Numbered from the stretch's first letter, positions 11,573 through 24,118 are shown. The stretch: 64,000 nt of DNA from Octopus bimaculoides (GCF_001194135.2 NC_068981.1:90587087-90651086); one strand, 5' to 3'. Notes: generated by a model not told the origin, from the sequence alone. Translations and numbers: made by a program.

Positions 11573-11895
11573 TATATAGTCGTATATTTGCATTACAGAA
11601 TATTTTTTAGTTGTTTTCACATTTTTTTGATTTATTATTTATTCATATGTTAAATTGTCTGAAGAATGGGTGCATTTGCTAGTTTTATATATAATTTCTT
11701 AAATAAGTACAAGGACAGAAATTTTGGGGGAAGGAACAATCAGTTATATCAGCCCCAGTACATGACTAATACTTATTTTTTTATTTCGTAAGTATGAAAT
11801 GCAAAGATGATTCTGGTGGTTTTTCAACTCAGACTGTAAATGGTCAATATCATTATACAGTAAAACATTAGTATTTGAGAAAACTTACCATGTTC

Positions 11896-12178
11896 TGAAG
11901 TATATTTGCCACTTAAATGTGGCTAACCACTAAGGGTGGATGCTACTGTAGCTTGTAGCCCCAGGAGAACACTTCCTCCAGCTGGTTATTGACACACTTT
12001 CTGTGCCCTATCAGTATTTGCAAAGGGAAGCCATCCTTCCCAGCTTCCCTTTGCAAATACTGATAGGGCACAGAAAGTGCATCAATAACCAGCTGGAGGA
12101 GGTGTACTCCTGGGGCTACAAGCTACAGTAGCATCCACCCTTAGTGGTTAGCCACATTTAAGTGGCAAATATACTTCA
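11896..12178. repeat. 283-bp near-perfect palindrome (136-bp arms, 11-nt loop) made of a Penelope-like 3' end
   Basis: 11896-12031 versus the reverse complement of 12043-12178 shows 4 mismatches. The arm is homologous to 24686-24775 and more weakly to 23642-23735. Confidence 0.92.
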
Positions 12179-12935
12179 CATTGTCATGCAACTACTGTTT
12201 ATACCTCATTCAGAGATTTATTATTACCATGTTCTGTTTCAGTAAAATATATTACAAGCAGTTCAAGCAGTGGAATAAATCTTATGCTATAAGGAAGAAG
12301 AGAAGTTTAGTTATGTAGATTTCCTGACTTTCTATAACAGATTTAGTGTAAGTTTTGCTGGAAATTCATGTGCTTTAATCACAGAAAAAAACCCCAAAAA
12401 ACATTCAATATTTTATAGATTACCCATTCATTGGTTGCAAATTGTCCAAAATGCACTGAGAAATACACTTAAGACAAAATGCATTTCTTTGGAAAGAATC
12501 ATTACAAATCTCAGTGTGATTAGCTTATAACAGCCACCTCACTTCCAGATAACTTTGCACTTCAGTAGGCAGTAAAACAACCATAAAATAACCATAAAAT
12601 AACTGTAATAGTACTTGTGCCACATGCTTTATGGAAATTCTCATAACAATCCAATTTATGTTAATACATAAATTATTTGTATATTAATGAAAGACTGCTG
12701 GACTTGAAGTGAAAATTAAAACCCAGTGTTTTTGACTACTACTTGGTTGTAACAAGGATATGAATGACTGAGTTTATACAATAGACTCCCACCTAAACAA
12801 ACAACCCACCAAAAACTCATGATTTGCATCCTGCTAGCATTGCATTAGATCTATAGACAATAAATTAAACTCATAACCACTGAATCTAAATATTTAGATA
12901 CTGATCATTATTGTCATCATCATTATCAATCTAAT

Positions 12936-13318
12936 GTGGAGGCGCAATGGCCCAGTGGTTAGGGCAGCGAACTCGTGGTCATAGGATCGCGGTTTCAATT
13001 CCCAGACTGGGCGTCGTGAGTGTTTATTGAGCGAAAACACCTAAAGTTCTACGAGGCTCCAGCAGGGGATGGTGACAAACCTTGCTGTACTCTTTCACCA
13101 CAGCCTTCTCTCACTCTTACTTCCTGTTTCTGTTGTGCCTGTAATTCACAGGGTCAACCTTGTCACTCTGTGTCACGCTGAATCTCTCCGAGAACTACGT
13201 TAAGGGTACACATGTCTGTGGAGTGCTCAGCCACTTGCACGTTAATTTCACGAGCAGGCTGTTCTGTTGATCGAATCAACTGGAACCCTCAACATTGTAA
13301 GCGACGGAGTGCCAACAA
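12936..13318 (+). mobile_element. tRNA-derived SINE (same family as 3212-3586)
   Basis: Full-length copy flanked by tatcaat(c/t)taat direct repeats. Confidence 0.9.
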
Positions 13319-13686
13319 TATCAATTTAATGTCTATTTTTCCACACTTGCACGAGTCATAGAATTTGTTGAGGTAAACTTTCTATGGTTGGATGCCCTTT
13401 GCATCACCATCCCTCACCTGTTTCCAAGTAAGGTAATATTTACCCATGGTCAAGGCAGCAAGCAGGTAGTATTTGAAAAAAATTAGTAAAATGCATTGGA
13501 TCAGCTTTTTATTGCTTGTTTATAAAATGCAATCTCTTAATTAGGCATTAACAGACAATTCACAAATAGATCTGATGCAATCTCTTTTTACAGAGGTATC
13601 ATGATGGGAAAGAGATAAGAGATAGTATCACATTTCTTCATAAATTGCATGTAACTAACTAATTTCTCTAAATTGCTTCAGATTTG

Positions 13687-13973
13687 TGTGGTGTTAGGGT
13701 TAGGGTTATGAGCTGTGATGAGCTATGTGGTGTTGGTGGAGAGGGATGGCATATGAAGCAAACGGAAGTGAAGACCGCAGGGGCTGGCGGAAGTGGCCAG
13801 AGGTGGATGCGTGGACAGTGAGCACGTGTGGTCAGTTGCAGCAGAGACGGCATGCGTAGAAGTCGTGGTTTGATCTGGAGTGATCGTTTATCCTGCCATG
13901 GTCGACAAGGTAAGGTTGCTGTATTTCTTTCTCCCTTTTGCTTCTTGTTGTCTTTTTCCTCCATCACACCACA
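13687..13973. mobile_element. Solo LTR (287 bp) with perfect 5-bp TSD
   Basis: TGTGGTG...CACCACA termini; ATTTG at 13682-13686 and 13974-13978; GC-richer than the flanks. Confidence 0.85.
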
Positions 13974-14069
13974 ATTTGCTCATTATTAAGCTGGTGTTTA
14001 GAATATATCCTAACAAAAGGTAATTGTGATGCTCCTATAGGTGTGTAATGTTAAGGTGTGAGGATATCA

Positions 14070-14250
14070 GAGCCTAAATGAGCTTACAATAAAGCTGAAT
14101 ATAAAAGGTATCAGAAGTAATGTGCAAAACAGAAGATTATACTGGTATGGGTATGTGGTTGGTGCATATGGATAATGACAGCTGTATATATATGAGAAGT
14201 ACTTGAAGTGGATGGAAACTGGCAAAGACATGGAACAAAGTAGTGAAAAC
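14070..14250 (+). mobile_element. Highly decayed RTE LINE 3' fragment
   Basis: Degenerate match to the RTE C-terminal '...IRGIRCxVQxRRLRWYGHV.RM...C' region, broken by stops and frameshifts. Confidence 0.45.
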
Positions 14251-15593
14251 TAATCTCAAGATGAAGATCCTCCAAATCGATTTGAAGATCCTCCAAACGG
14301 CTGGATTAACCATCCAGCCTCTCTCCTATTTATTGCACAATGCTGACTGTGTAATGAGAAATGGCATTAGATTTATCCTTATTTAATTCTCCTCTGCCAT
14401 CATTGTTATCTCTCCAGCTCCCACATGATGCCTATGTAATAAAAGTTGCATCAGATCTGCTTGTATCTGATACACCCTACCAGCAAGCTTTTCTAATGCT
14501 GGCCATCACCCAAGTCACTTGTTGTTCATATCCATCACTTATTCTTGTTCTTTCTATAAATATGTAGTTGTCATCATTGTCACTCTTCATTTACTTCCTG
14601 CTCTACCACCCTCTTGACCATGCTGCCTCGTATAGAGAAAACAGAGTTGTGAGACTTGTAGAATATAAAGCAGTTTCACTACTACTGATGCTACAATAAA
14701 TGCATGCTGTACATTATGTGAGAATTGGTTGCTGAATGAATGGAGAGAAAGTAGGATTGAGAAGACCATTTAGTTTTGATGAGGAATTGATAACCTCTCT
14801 AGAGCTGGTGCAAAGATAAAATACTCCCAACATACTTTGCAAAGTGATTGCTAATAAAAAGGATATCCAGCCATAGAAATTCCATCAAAAATTGGATGTA
14901 AGGTGAAATGTGGTTCTCCAAGCAATAAGAAATCATTTAGCTTATGATATATCCAATCCACTCAAACCATGAATGCAGATGTAAAAGGATGACAACAATG
15001 ATGATGATGACGACGATGACGATGAACACTTAAAACAAGTGGTTTTGTATCACCAAACCAGAGAGGGTGTCACACAAGTTGTTATCAACGGGTTATTTTT
15101 AAATGCTCCAATATAGTAAGCTGTTTGAAATTTAGTGCAATTTTATCTATAAAACAACAAAAACTGTAATTAGTGGAAGATTTACTTCTTCTATTCACTG
15201 CAATGCAACCAGAATTAAATTTCCTATGATGTGTCTTGTCACACATTCATGCCAGAACCCAATCACACAGCCATACCTAAGCTGAACCATACAGCCAAGC
15301 CTGAGACCAAACTTGAGGAATATTGGTAACATAATAAACCCCAAATCATCATGAGGAAGAAGGGAAGTAATAAAAATCTTTCCATTTGGAAATTAGGATA
15401 TCTGAAAGTGATCAGTTTAGGTAAGGCTCCCAGTTAATTTTTGAAAGCATTGTTAAGTCAGAGTTCCAGATCCAGGGGGATGCAGTCTTAAATAATTAAG
15501 ACAGAAGACAATGTTTAGTGTTTTTTTATGGTTTCAGTGTGCCATCCAGATCAACTTATGTGTTTGTTTCCCACCTTTGTGGTACATAAGTCT

Positions 15594-15905
15594 GTGGAGG
15601 TGCAATGGCCCAGTGGTTAGGGCAGCAGACTCGTGGTCATAGGATCGCGGTTTCGATTCGCAGACCGGGCGTTGTGAGTGTTTATTGAGCGAAAACACCT
15701 AAAGCTCCACAAGGCTCCAGCAGGGGATGGTGGCGAACCCTGCTGTACTCTTTCACCACAACTTTCTCTTACTTCCTGTTTCTGTTGTGCCTGTAATTCA
15801 ATGGGTCAGCCTTGTCACACTGTGTCACGCTGAATATCCTCGAGAACTACATTAAGGGTACACGTGTCTGTGGAGTGCTCAGCCATTTGCACGTTAATTT
15901 CACGA
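15594..15905 (+). mobile_element. tRNA-derived SINE (same family as 3212-3586), truncated by assembly gap
   Basis: Near-identical to 12936-13250. Confidence 0.9.
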
Positions 15906-16589
15906 NNNNNNNNNNNNNNNNNNNNNNNNNNNNNNNNNNNNNNNNNNNNNNNNNNNNNNNNNNNNNNNNNNNNNNNNNNNNNNNNNNNNNNNNNNNNNNN
16001 NNNNNNNNNNNNNNNNNNNNNNNNNNNNNNNNNNNNNNNNNNNNNNNNNNNNNNNNNNNNNNNNNNNNNNNNNNNNNNNNNNNNNNNNNNNNNNNNNNNN
16101 NNNNNNNNNNNNNNNNNNNNNNNNNNNNNNNNNNNNNNNNNNNNNNNNNNNNNNNNNNNNNNNNNNNNNNNNNNNNNNNNNNNNNNNNNNNNNNNNNNNN
16201 NNNNNNNNNNNNNNNNNNNNNNNNNNNNNNNNNNNNNNNNNNNNNNNNNNNNNNNNNNNNNNNNNNNNNNNNNNNNNNNNNNNNNNNNNNNNNNNNNNNN
16301 NNNNNNNNNNNNNNNNNNNNNNNNNNNNNNNNNNGAACATTTGTAAGTTAACATCTTGATGGAGAAACATGAATATAAGGGACTTTGAGTGAGTATTTGG
16401 ATGCTGATGATTTGTGATGGCTGACTCGACATTCAACCTGTTTTGGCCACAGTATGTTTTGGCACTGGAGGCAAACACTCATATGCATACACATACAGAA
16501 ATATACATAGGTAGATAGAGAAAGCGAGAGAAAGGGTAGGGGTACATTACACATACATACAAACATAACTAGAATCTCACACACATAAA

Positions 16590-16722
16590 CAGAGAGAGAA
16601 GGAGAGGGAGAGAGAAGAGGAGAGGGAGAGAGAAGAGGAGAGGGAGAGAGAAGAGGAGAGGGAGAGAGAAGAGGAGAGGGAGAGAGAAGAGGAGAGGGAG
16701 AGAGAAGAGGAGAGGGAGAGAG
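16590..16722 (+). repeat. Homopurine 21-bp tandem repeat (about 6 units)
   Basis: (ggagagggagagagaagagga)n. Produces the spurious LFSLPL repeat ORF on the minus strand. Confidence 0.9.
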
Positions 16723-17485
16723 GAAAATGAAAGAAAGATTAAAATGTCTAACATGAAATAAGTCAGCATGAAATCAGGGATACCAAATTGGTGGCACTAA
16801 AATGGTTGCATCAAAATATTTTGTACCTGATTTATTGGACATGAAGGAATGGGAATAGTAGCTAGTATTAAGCTTATGGGGATTGAAGGGAATGATATGA
16901 GTGATGATGGAATCAGTAGAGACAGATGTGTTGGGGAGTAGTCAAGGTGGAGGTGTTGTGTTGCTAACAAGATCTGAGAAGCAGAGACTGTTGCAGTATT
17001 TGTGAATAGGCCATGCAGAAGACAGTGAAGTCCTTTACTGGAGATTTAAATGTGTTAGAGAGTGTGAGGTCAAGTGAGGTGAGGAGAGCAAGATCAGAAG
17101 ACAGAGTGGTTGATACAATAATAGGTTTAGGTTAGAGCTGTTGTATGGTCAGAAAGTCGAGCGAGTTCAGATGGGCAGAGATTGTACTGACAATAGAAGA
17201 GAAAGAAAGAGTTGTGGAAGGGGTAAGATGCAGTTTGACAGTGGACAAATAATTGGTTGGAAAGTATTGGTGCAGGTGAGTTGCTTAACCCCCCAACTCA
17301 ACCGTAACTGAGTAGACAAACCTATGATAAAAGACAGTCCAGATATGAAGAAGCTTGCTTCCCAGTCACATGGTTCTGAGTTCAGTCCCACTTTGTGGCT
17401 CCTTAGGCAAATGTCTTCTTCTATAGCCCCGAGTTGACCAAAGTTTTGTGAGTGGATTTGGTAAACAAAAACTGAAAGAAGCCTG

Positions 17486-17578
<93 letters not shown>

Positions 17579-17582
17579 ATGA

Positions 17583-18090
17583 TTGACTTCCTGGCTTCCA
17601 AAACTTGAATGGAACCAAACGGTCAACACGGAACTCTATGTCCAACAGATGGAACGATTCAACATGGCTATTCAAGAGAAAAGACCTAATCAGCAGCATG
17701 GCATTCATCTGCTGTATGACAAGACCCGCCCTCATATTGCCAAAGAAGCCATTCATAAACATGGCTGGGAAGTGCTGCCACACCTGCCGTACTCTCCTGA
17801 TTTGGCACCAATGGATTTCCACCTCTTTTGATCTCTTTCAAATGCTATACGCGGAGTTTTGTTTTATACTGATGCAGAATTGAGACCTTGGTTGGATCAA
17901 TTTTTCGAGTCGAAATCAGGTGATTTCTACCAACAAGGTATTGGAAAACCTTGTTGAACGTTGGAAAGAAGTTATAAACAACAAGGGTGAATACTTTATT
18001 GATTAATTAGTTGTTATTTTTTATTAAACCTTTTAAAAAATTTTTAAAAAAACAAAAAAAAACGGCGGGAACTTAGTTGCCAACCCAATA
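17583..18090 (+). mobile_element. mariner (DD34D-type) transposase 3' fragment with right TIR
   Basis: WNQTVNTELYVQQMERF...RPHIAKEAIHKHGWEVLPHLPYSPDLAPMDFHLF (YSPDLAP motif), ending in gaacttagttgccaacccaa-TA. Confidence 0.9.
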
Positions 18091-18488
18091 TAATGATTTC
18101 TTAAACATTGAATAACTGTGAGGGTCCACTCAAGTAAAAGAGGAATGAAAGAGGTCCATAGACAAAAATATGGCTGAGAACTGCTGATATAAAGGCTCCA
18201 CTGTGTACTGTGCAGGTTAGTGAGTACAGATTTTAGTAAAGAGATCATCATTAAATTGCAGTTGAAAATGTGTGTGTGTGTGTGTGTGTGTGAGTGAGTG
18301 TGTGTGTGTGCGTGTGAGAGTATGTGTGTGTGTGTGTTGTGTATGTGGTGTGAAGTTAGTGTACAGATTTAGCTGCTATTTCTTGAAGGTCTTGCAACCA
18401 TGTAGAGGTTCCATTGCGTATAGTACAAGTTAGTGAGTTCAGGTTTACTAATTAGATCAGCTCTAAGTTGCAGTTTAAAATATGTGTG

Positions 18489-18532
<44 letters not shown>

Positions 18533-20279
18533 TGTGTGGAGTGATGTAATGTAAGGGTACCGTTCCAACAGTGTGGTTACTGAAAATAAACAAGTGCATG
18601 AACTCACTTTGACCTCTTAACTGTAAATGTTAATTCTATATTAAAACCACAACAGTGGTTGATACTTAGTCTGTAATTTATTTTTATGGTAATAACAGCT
18701 TCATGTTAAAAATGGTTATTTAAAGGGTCAAGGCAATATTGAGTTAAACTTGACTGTCTCTTTCTTCCTTTTCTTTGCTTTTGGTTTGAGGCTTCTAACA
18801 CACACACACGCACATGCACACATGCACACACATGTATGTATATATGTATGTATGTATATGTGCGTGTGTGTATGTATATCTTTTTAACTCCTTTACTCTT
18901 TTATTTGTTTTAGTCATTTGACTGTGGCCATGCTAGAGCACCGCCCTTTAGTCAAGCAAATCGACCCCAGGACTTATTCTTTGAAAGCCTAGTACTTATT
19001 CTATCAGTGTCTTTTGCCGAACCTCTATGTTACGGGGACGTAAACACACCAACATCAGATGTCAAGTGATGTTAGGGGGACAAACACAGACATACAAACA
19101 TATACACATACATGCATACATACATACATACATACATACATACATANNNNNNNNNNNNNNNNNNNNNNNNNNNNNNNNNNNNNNNNNNNNNNNNNNNNNN
19201 NNNNNNNNNNNNNNNNNNNNNNNNNNNNNNNNNNNNNNNNNNNNNNNNNNNNNNNNNNNNNNNNNNNNNNNNNNNNNNNNNNNNNNNNNNNNNNNNNNNN
19301 NNNNNNNNNNNNNNNNNNNNNNNNNNNNNNNNNNNNNNNNNNNNNNNNNNNNNNNNNNNNNNNNNNNNNNNNNNNNNNNNNNNNNNNNNNCATTACTGCT
19401 ATCTGTTGGAGTCTCAGCTTTTTAGCTGCTATTTCTGAACTTCGGTATGTGGTGAAGCAACTATTTGCTGATCCCTTAATTATATTTATAAATGTATAAG
19501 AACTTTTAAATAAGTTCTCCACCGATAATGGTGTTTACATACCGAAGGACTTGGTAAAATTATTAATTGTTAATCTATTAATAAATTAATAAATTGATAA
19601 ACCTTTACCCTTTTAATTGTAATATATATATATATATATACACATATACAATGGGCTTCTTTCAGTTTCTGTCTACCAGATCCACTCACAAGGCTTTAGT
19701 TGGCCTGAGGCTATTGTAGAGGACACTTGCCCAAGGTGCCACATAGTGTGACTGAACCCAGAACCATGTGGTTGGTAAGCAAGCTACTTACTACACAGCC
19801 AGTCCTGCTCCTATAGCCACTCCTGCGCATATTTTTATATATCATCATCATCATCATCGTTTAACGTCCACTTCCCATGCTGGCATGGGTTGGACGGTTT
19901 GACTGAGGACTATCAAGCCAGAAGGCTGCACCAAGCTCCAATCTGATCTGGCAATGTTCCTACAGCTGGATACCCTTCCTAACGCCAACCACTCCGAGAG
20001 TGTAGTAGGTGCTTTTTATATACCACTGGCATGAGAGCCAGTCAGGCAGTCCCACATCATACCACCCTACCCACACCACACACCATCATCTGCACACCCA
20101 CACACCATCATCTGCATACCCACACTCCATCATCCACACGCCCACACATTACGGACACACACACACATCCACACATCAAAGTCACTTGCCCCTATCCACA
20201 CACACACACTTACACACTCTCACATACACACACGCATGTATACCTTCATTTTGGGATCACCAGTACTTTATTTTCTCCC

Positions 20280-20500
20280 TTCCTTCCTAGCTATCCTGTC
20301 CAACAACCAGTCGCCATGATTAACCGCTAAATCCACAAGTTTTTTTATTCTCTCTCTGTTTTTTTCTTCATGTTCCTTTCTGTTGAAGAGCATAGGTTCG
20401 AAACATAAAAGACTTTCTCACCTTCCCGAGCGTCAAACTGATACACCTTCTTGTTGTTTATACACCTGTCTTCGCCTTTTGTTTTTCTGTAAATTTCAAC
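20280..20500 (+). mobile_element. Penelope-like terminal repeat fragment with hammerhead-like motif
   Basis: ctgttgaagagcataggttcgaaacataaaagactttctcacc resembles the repeat at 49740-49900. Confidence 0.45.
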
Positions 20501-20507
20501 TATGAAT

Positions 20508-20540
<33 letters not shown>

Positions 20541-20769
20541 AAGTTAGTAAGATCCAAAAGCCCTAGTGTATGAAGTTAAACTTCAAGCATGTATACAGCT
20601 AGTATAGATGACAAAAGATGGACAGTGTATGATAAAAGAAGTTTATTAACCATCATAAGTTACACACTTTGTCCTATATAGAAATCAAAGGAATTTTCAA
20701 TAAGCTGCCAATTAGTATACAACTTTGCCATTTTCTAGATTCTAAGATATATATTTTGGGATAGTCTAT

Positions 20770-20954
20770 ATTCTTTCTTCACTCATTTATTATTGCTCTT
20801 ATTTTAACTGATGTCTATTGTCTTCTGTCACACATCTGTGACCTCTTCAGTGACACTTTCCATCTTCATGTATGCCCCTGCTTCACTTAATCCATTCACC
20901 AGACAATGGACATCAGTTAAAAAAAGAACAGTAATAAACGAGTGAAGAATGAAT
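20770..20954. repeat. 54-bp inverted-repeat cassette flanked by TA, with a decayed hammerhead-like core in the spacer
   Basis: 20770-20823 versus the reverse complement of 20901-20954 is about 85% identical by eye. Minus strand 20850-20821 reads CTGAAGA-G-GTCAC-agatgt-GTGAC-A-GAAG. Confidence 0.65.
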
Positions 20955-21439
20955 ATATGGTGTGTGTGTTTATTCAGCAAAAAGAAAGAAAACGAAAGAC
21001 CGTCCCGAAATATAGCAATATCTGTTTCAACACACGATTTCACATCAGGAATCTTGCAATACAAATTCACACACACAAACGCATGCATGCATGCACGCAC
21101 GCACGCATGCATGCACGCAAGCACACATGCACACACGCGCACACACACACGCATTATCAAATACGCATACTCAATACATGTACGGTTTGCCTATTCGCCA
21201 CTAGGCTGAAATTTGGCGTGAGCCCATCAGCAAACAAGCAAGGCACATATATTGAGCATGTGTGTTCAATAATGTTTACAACACAAGCACAGCTTCTAAT
21301 TTATATTTGAATACATGTATACATATACACACACTCATGCCAAATCAGACTGGATTGTAGTGTAACTTCTCAGCTTGCCAGCTCTGGTCAAACCATCCAA
21401 CCATGGACAATGGACATTAAATGTTGATAATGATAATGA

Positions 21440-21845
21440 TATACATATATTCTTTTATTCTTTTATTTATTTCAGTCATTTGACTGCAGCCATTCTGGAA
21501 CAGCGCCTTCAGTTGAACAAGTCGACTCCAGCACTTATTCTTTGTAAGTCTAGTACTTATCCTATTGGTCGCTTTTGCTGAACAGCTAAGTTACAGGGAC
21601 GTAAACACACCAACATCGATTGTCAAGTGATGGTGGGGTACAAACAAAACACACACACACACATATATATATACATATACATATATTCGACAGGCTTCTT
21701 TCAGTTTCTGTCTACCAAATCCACTCACAAGGCTTTGGTTGGCCCGGTGTTATAGTAGAAGACACTTGCCCAAGATGCCATGCAGTGGGACTGAACCCAG
21801 AACCATGTGGTTGGTAAGCAAGGTACTTACCACACAGCTACTCAT
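21440..21845 (-). mobile_element. CORE-type tRNA-derived SINE, full length
   Basis: Same family as 1568-2008. Further copies or parts at about 4960-5365(-), 17350-17490(+), 18890-19810(-), 22800-23440(+), 23760-24090(+), 27090-27525(-) and 34990-35220(+). Confidence 0.85.
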
Positions 21846-21850
21846 ATATA

Positions 21851-21886
<36 letters not shown>

Positions 21887-22512
21887 TGTATGTTTGTTTG
21901 TTTTTACTATTTTCAGTATATGGAATTTTACACACACACACTCATGCATAGACATTCACTCAAAAAACATTTACCCATCCACATATATATATATATACAC
22001 ACATGCATACGCACACACATGCATACATACATACATACATACATACATACATACATACATGCATGCATGCATGCATAAACAATGCATAGTATATCCACAT
22101 TCACATTCAGTTGGTAAATCAAATTTTGGGAGTGTTAATAAGATAATATGCAATATCTCTTGTTTGATTCTTTGCAAATTTGTGTTTATCCATGTGAATA
22201 AAGTCACAGAAAATCACTCATGCACACACCCACGCAAACACTCATCTCACTTACCCCACCACACACCGCATACACAATACACACATATATACTTTAAAGT
22301 TAACAATATGATAATAGTAAGGTTAATACTAACTTTCAATGCGAGGGTCTGTATGATTTGAGTCATTCCCTTAAAAATAGCAGTCAAAATCTCTCTTAAA
22401 TTACTCTCCACCATTTTTCAAGGGAGAATGAGACACATTGGATAATGTGGTCCGAGATACACAATCCTTGCGTTAGAGATGAGAATGGAGGGGTCAGAAA
22501 ACCTTTGATCAG

Positions 22513-22566
22513 AGATCTCATAAGATCAGATCTCATAAGATCAGATCTCATGAGATCAGATCTCAT
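22513..22566. repeat. 15-bp tandem repeat of a quasi-palindromic unit (agatctcatRagatc x3.6)
   Basis: Directly visible; the third unit contains the perfect palindrome gatctcatgagatc. Confidence 0.9.
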
Positions 22567-22694
22567 ATAATATAACACAATCAGGACATGCAAACAGTGT
22601 TATTAGTTCTGTTGTTAGCACTGTTCTTGTTGTTACTACTACAGCTAATCAGCTAATAAACAGCTAGTAACTTCAACCAAATAGGTTGAGTGCT

Positions 22695-22733
<39 letters not shown>

Positions 22734-24118
22734 CATACACATAAATGTATTATAATAATAAAGGATGAAATTGTTAAAAATTTTATCAGAGGCCAGCATA
22801 TTTCTGTACCGCAGGAGTGGCTGTGTGGTAAGTAGCTTGCTTACCAACCACATGGTTCTGGGTTCAGTCCCACTGCATGGCATCTTGGGCAAGTGTCTTC
22901 TACTATAACACCGGGCCAACCAAAGCCTTGTGAGTGGATTTGGTAGACAGAAACTGAAAGAAGCCTGTCGAATATATGTATATGTATATATATATGTGTG
23001 TGTGTGTGNNNNNNNNNNNNNNNNNNNNNNNNNNNNNNNNNNNNNNNNNNNNNNNNNNNNNNNNNNNNNNNNNNNNNNNNNNNNNNNNNNNNNNNNNNNN
23101 NNNNNNNNNNNNNNNNNNNNNNNNNNNNNNNNNNNNNNNNNNNNNNNNNNNNNNNNNNNNNNNNNNNNNNNNNNNNNNNNNNNNNNNNNNNNNNNNNNNN
23201 NNNNNNNNNNNNNNNNNNNNNNNNNNNNNNNNNNNNNNNNNNNNNNNNNNNNNNNNNNNNNNNNNNNNNNNNNNNNNNNNNNNNNNNNNNNNNNNNNNNN
23301 NNNNNNNNNNNNNNNNNNNNNNNNNNNNNNNNNNNNNNNNNNNNNNNTAGGCTTACAAAGAATAAGTCCTGGGGTCGATTTGCTCTACTAAAGGTGGTGC
23401 TCCAGTATGGCCACAGTCAAATGACTGAAACAAGTAAAAGAGTATACATACATACATACATACATCATCATCATCGTTTAATGTCCGCTTTCCATGCTAG
23501 CATGGGTTGGACAATTTGACTGAGGACTGGTGAAACCGGATGGCAACACCAGGCTCCAATCTAATTTGGCAGAGTTTCTACAGCTGGATGCCCTTCCTAA
23601 CGCCAACCACTCAGAGAGTGTAGTGGGTGCTTTTACGTGTCAAAGATTATTTGCCAACATAATGTGGTAGTCCTGGTTAGGACGAATGTTATTGTTATTT
23701 AGCCCCAGGAAACATTGTCTCCAGCTGGTTATACGACCCATTATCTGTGTCCTTATATATATGCATGGTACCTTGGGCAAGTGTTTTCTATTATGACTTT
23801 GGGCCAACCAAACCTTGGAAGAGGATTTGGCAGACATAAACTGAAAAAAAGCCCATATCTATGTGTGTGTGTGTGTCTCTGTATCTGTCTTTGTCACTTA
23901 CCACCACTTGACAACCGGTGATGGTGCGTTTATGTTCCCATGACTTAACAGTTCAGCAAAAGAAACCAATGGAATAAGTACTAGGCTTCAAAAAATTAAT
24001 TCCTAAGGTTGATTTGTTTGACTAAAACCTTTCAAGACCGTGCCACTGCATGGCTGCAGTCAAATGACTGAAACAAGTAAGAGATAAAAAATAAAAGCTA
24101 TATAATAGATATATACAT

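Noticed and set aside
11990-12085. Hammerhead ribozyme in the palindrome arms (ctgatagggcac-agaaa-gtgc)
   Set aside because: The core reads CUGAUAG and no GAAA follows the stem, so it does not meet the consensus.
13694-13708. Interstitial telomere or chromosome fusion site
   Set aside because: Only 2.5 TTAGGG units, and they lie inside a TSD-bounded solo LTR.
14360-17340. Additional CR1/L2-like LINE relics at about 14360-14800 and 16800-17340
   Set aside because: Composition is suggestive, but no motif could be read with confidence.
20828-21160. Possible terminal coding exon (..GLSEAGAYMKMESVTEEVTDV*)
   Set aside because: Lies inside an inverted-repeat cassette and microsatellite, so it is better explained as repeat.
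22513-22566. CRISPR-like array in the palindromic 15-mer repeats or the 8360-8582 units
   Set aside because: No unique spacers and no cas genes; eukaryotic repeat context.
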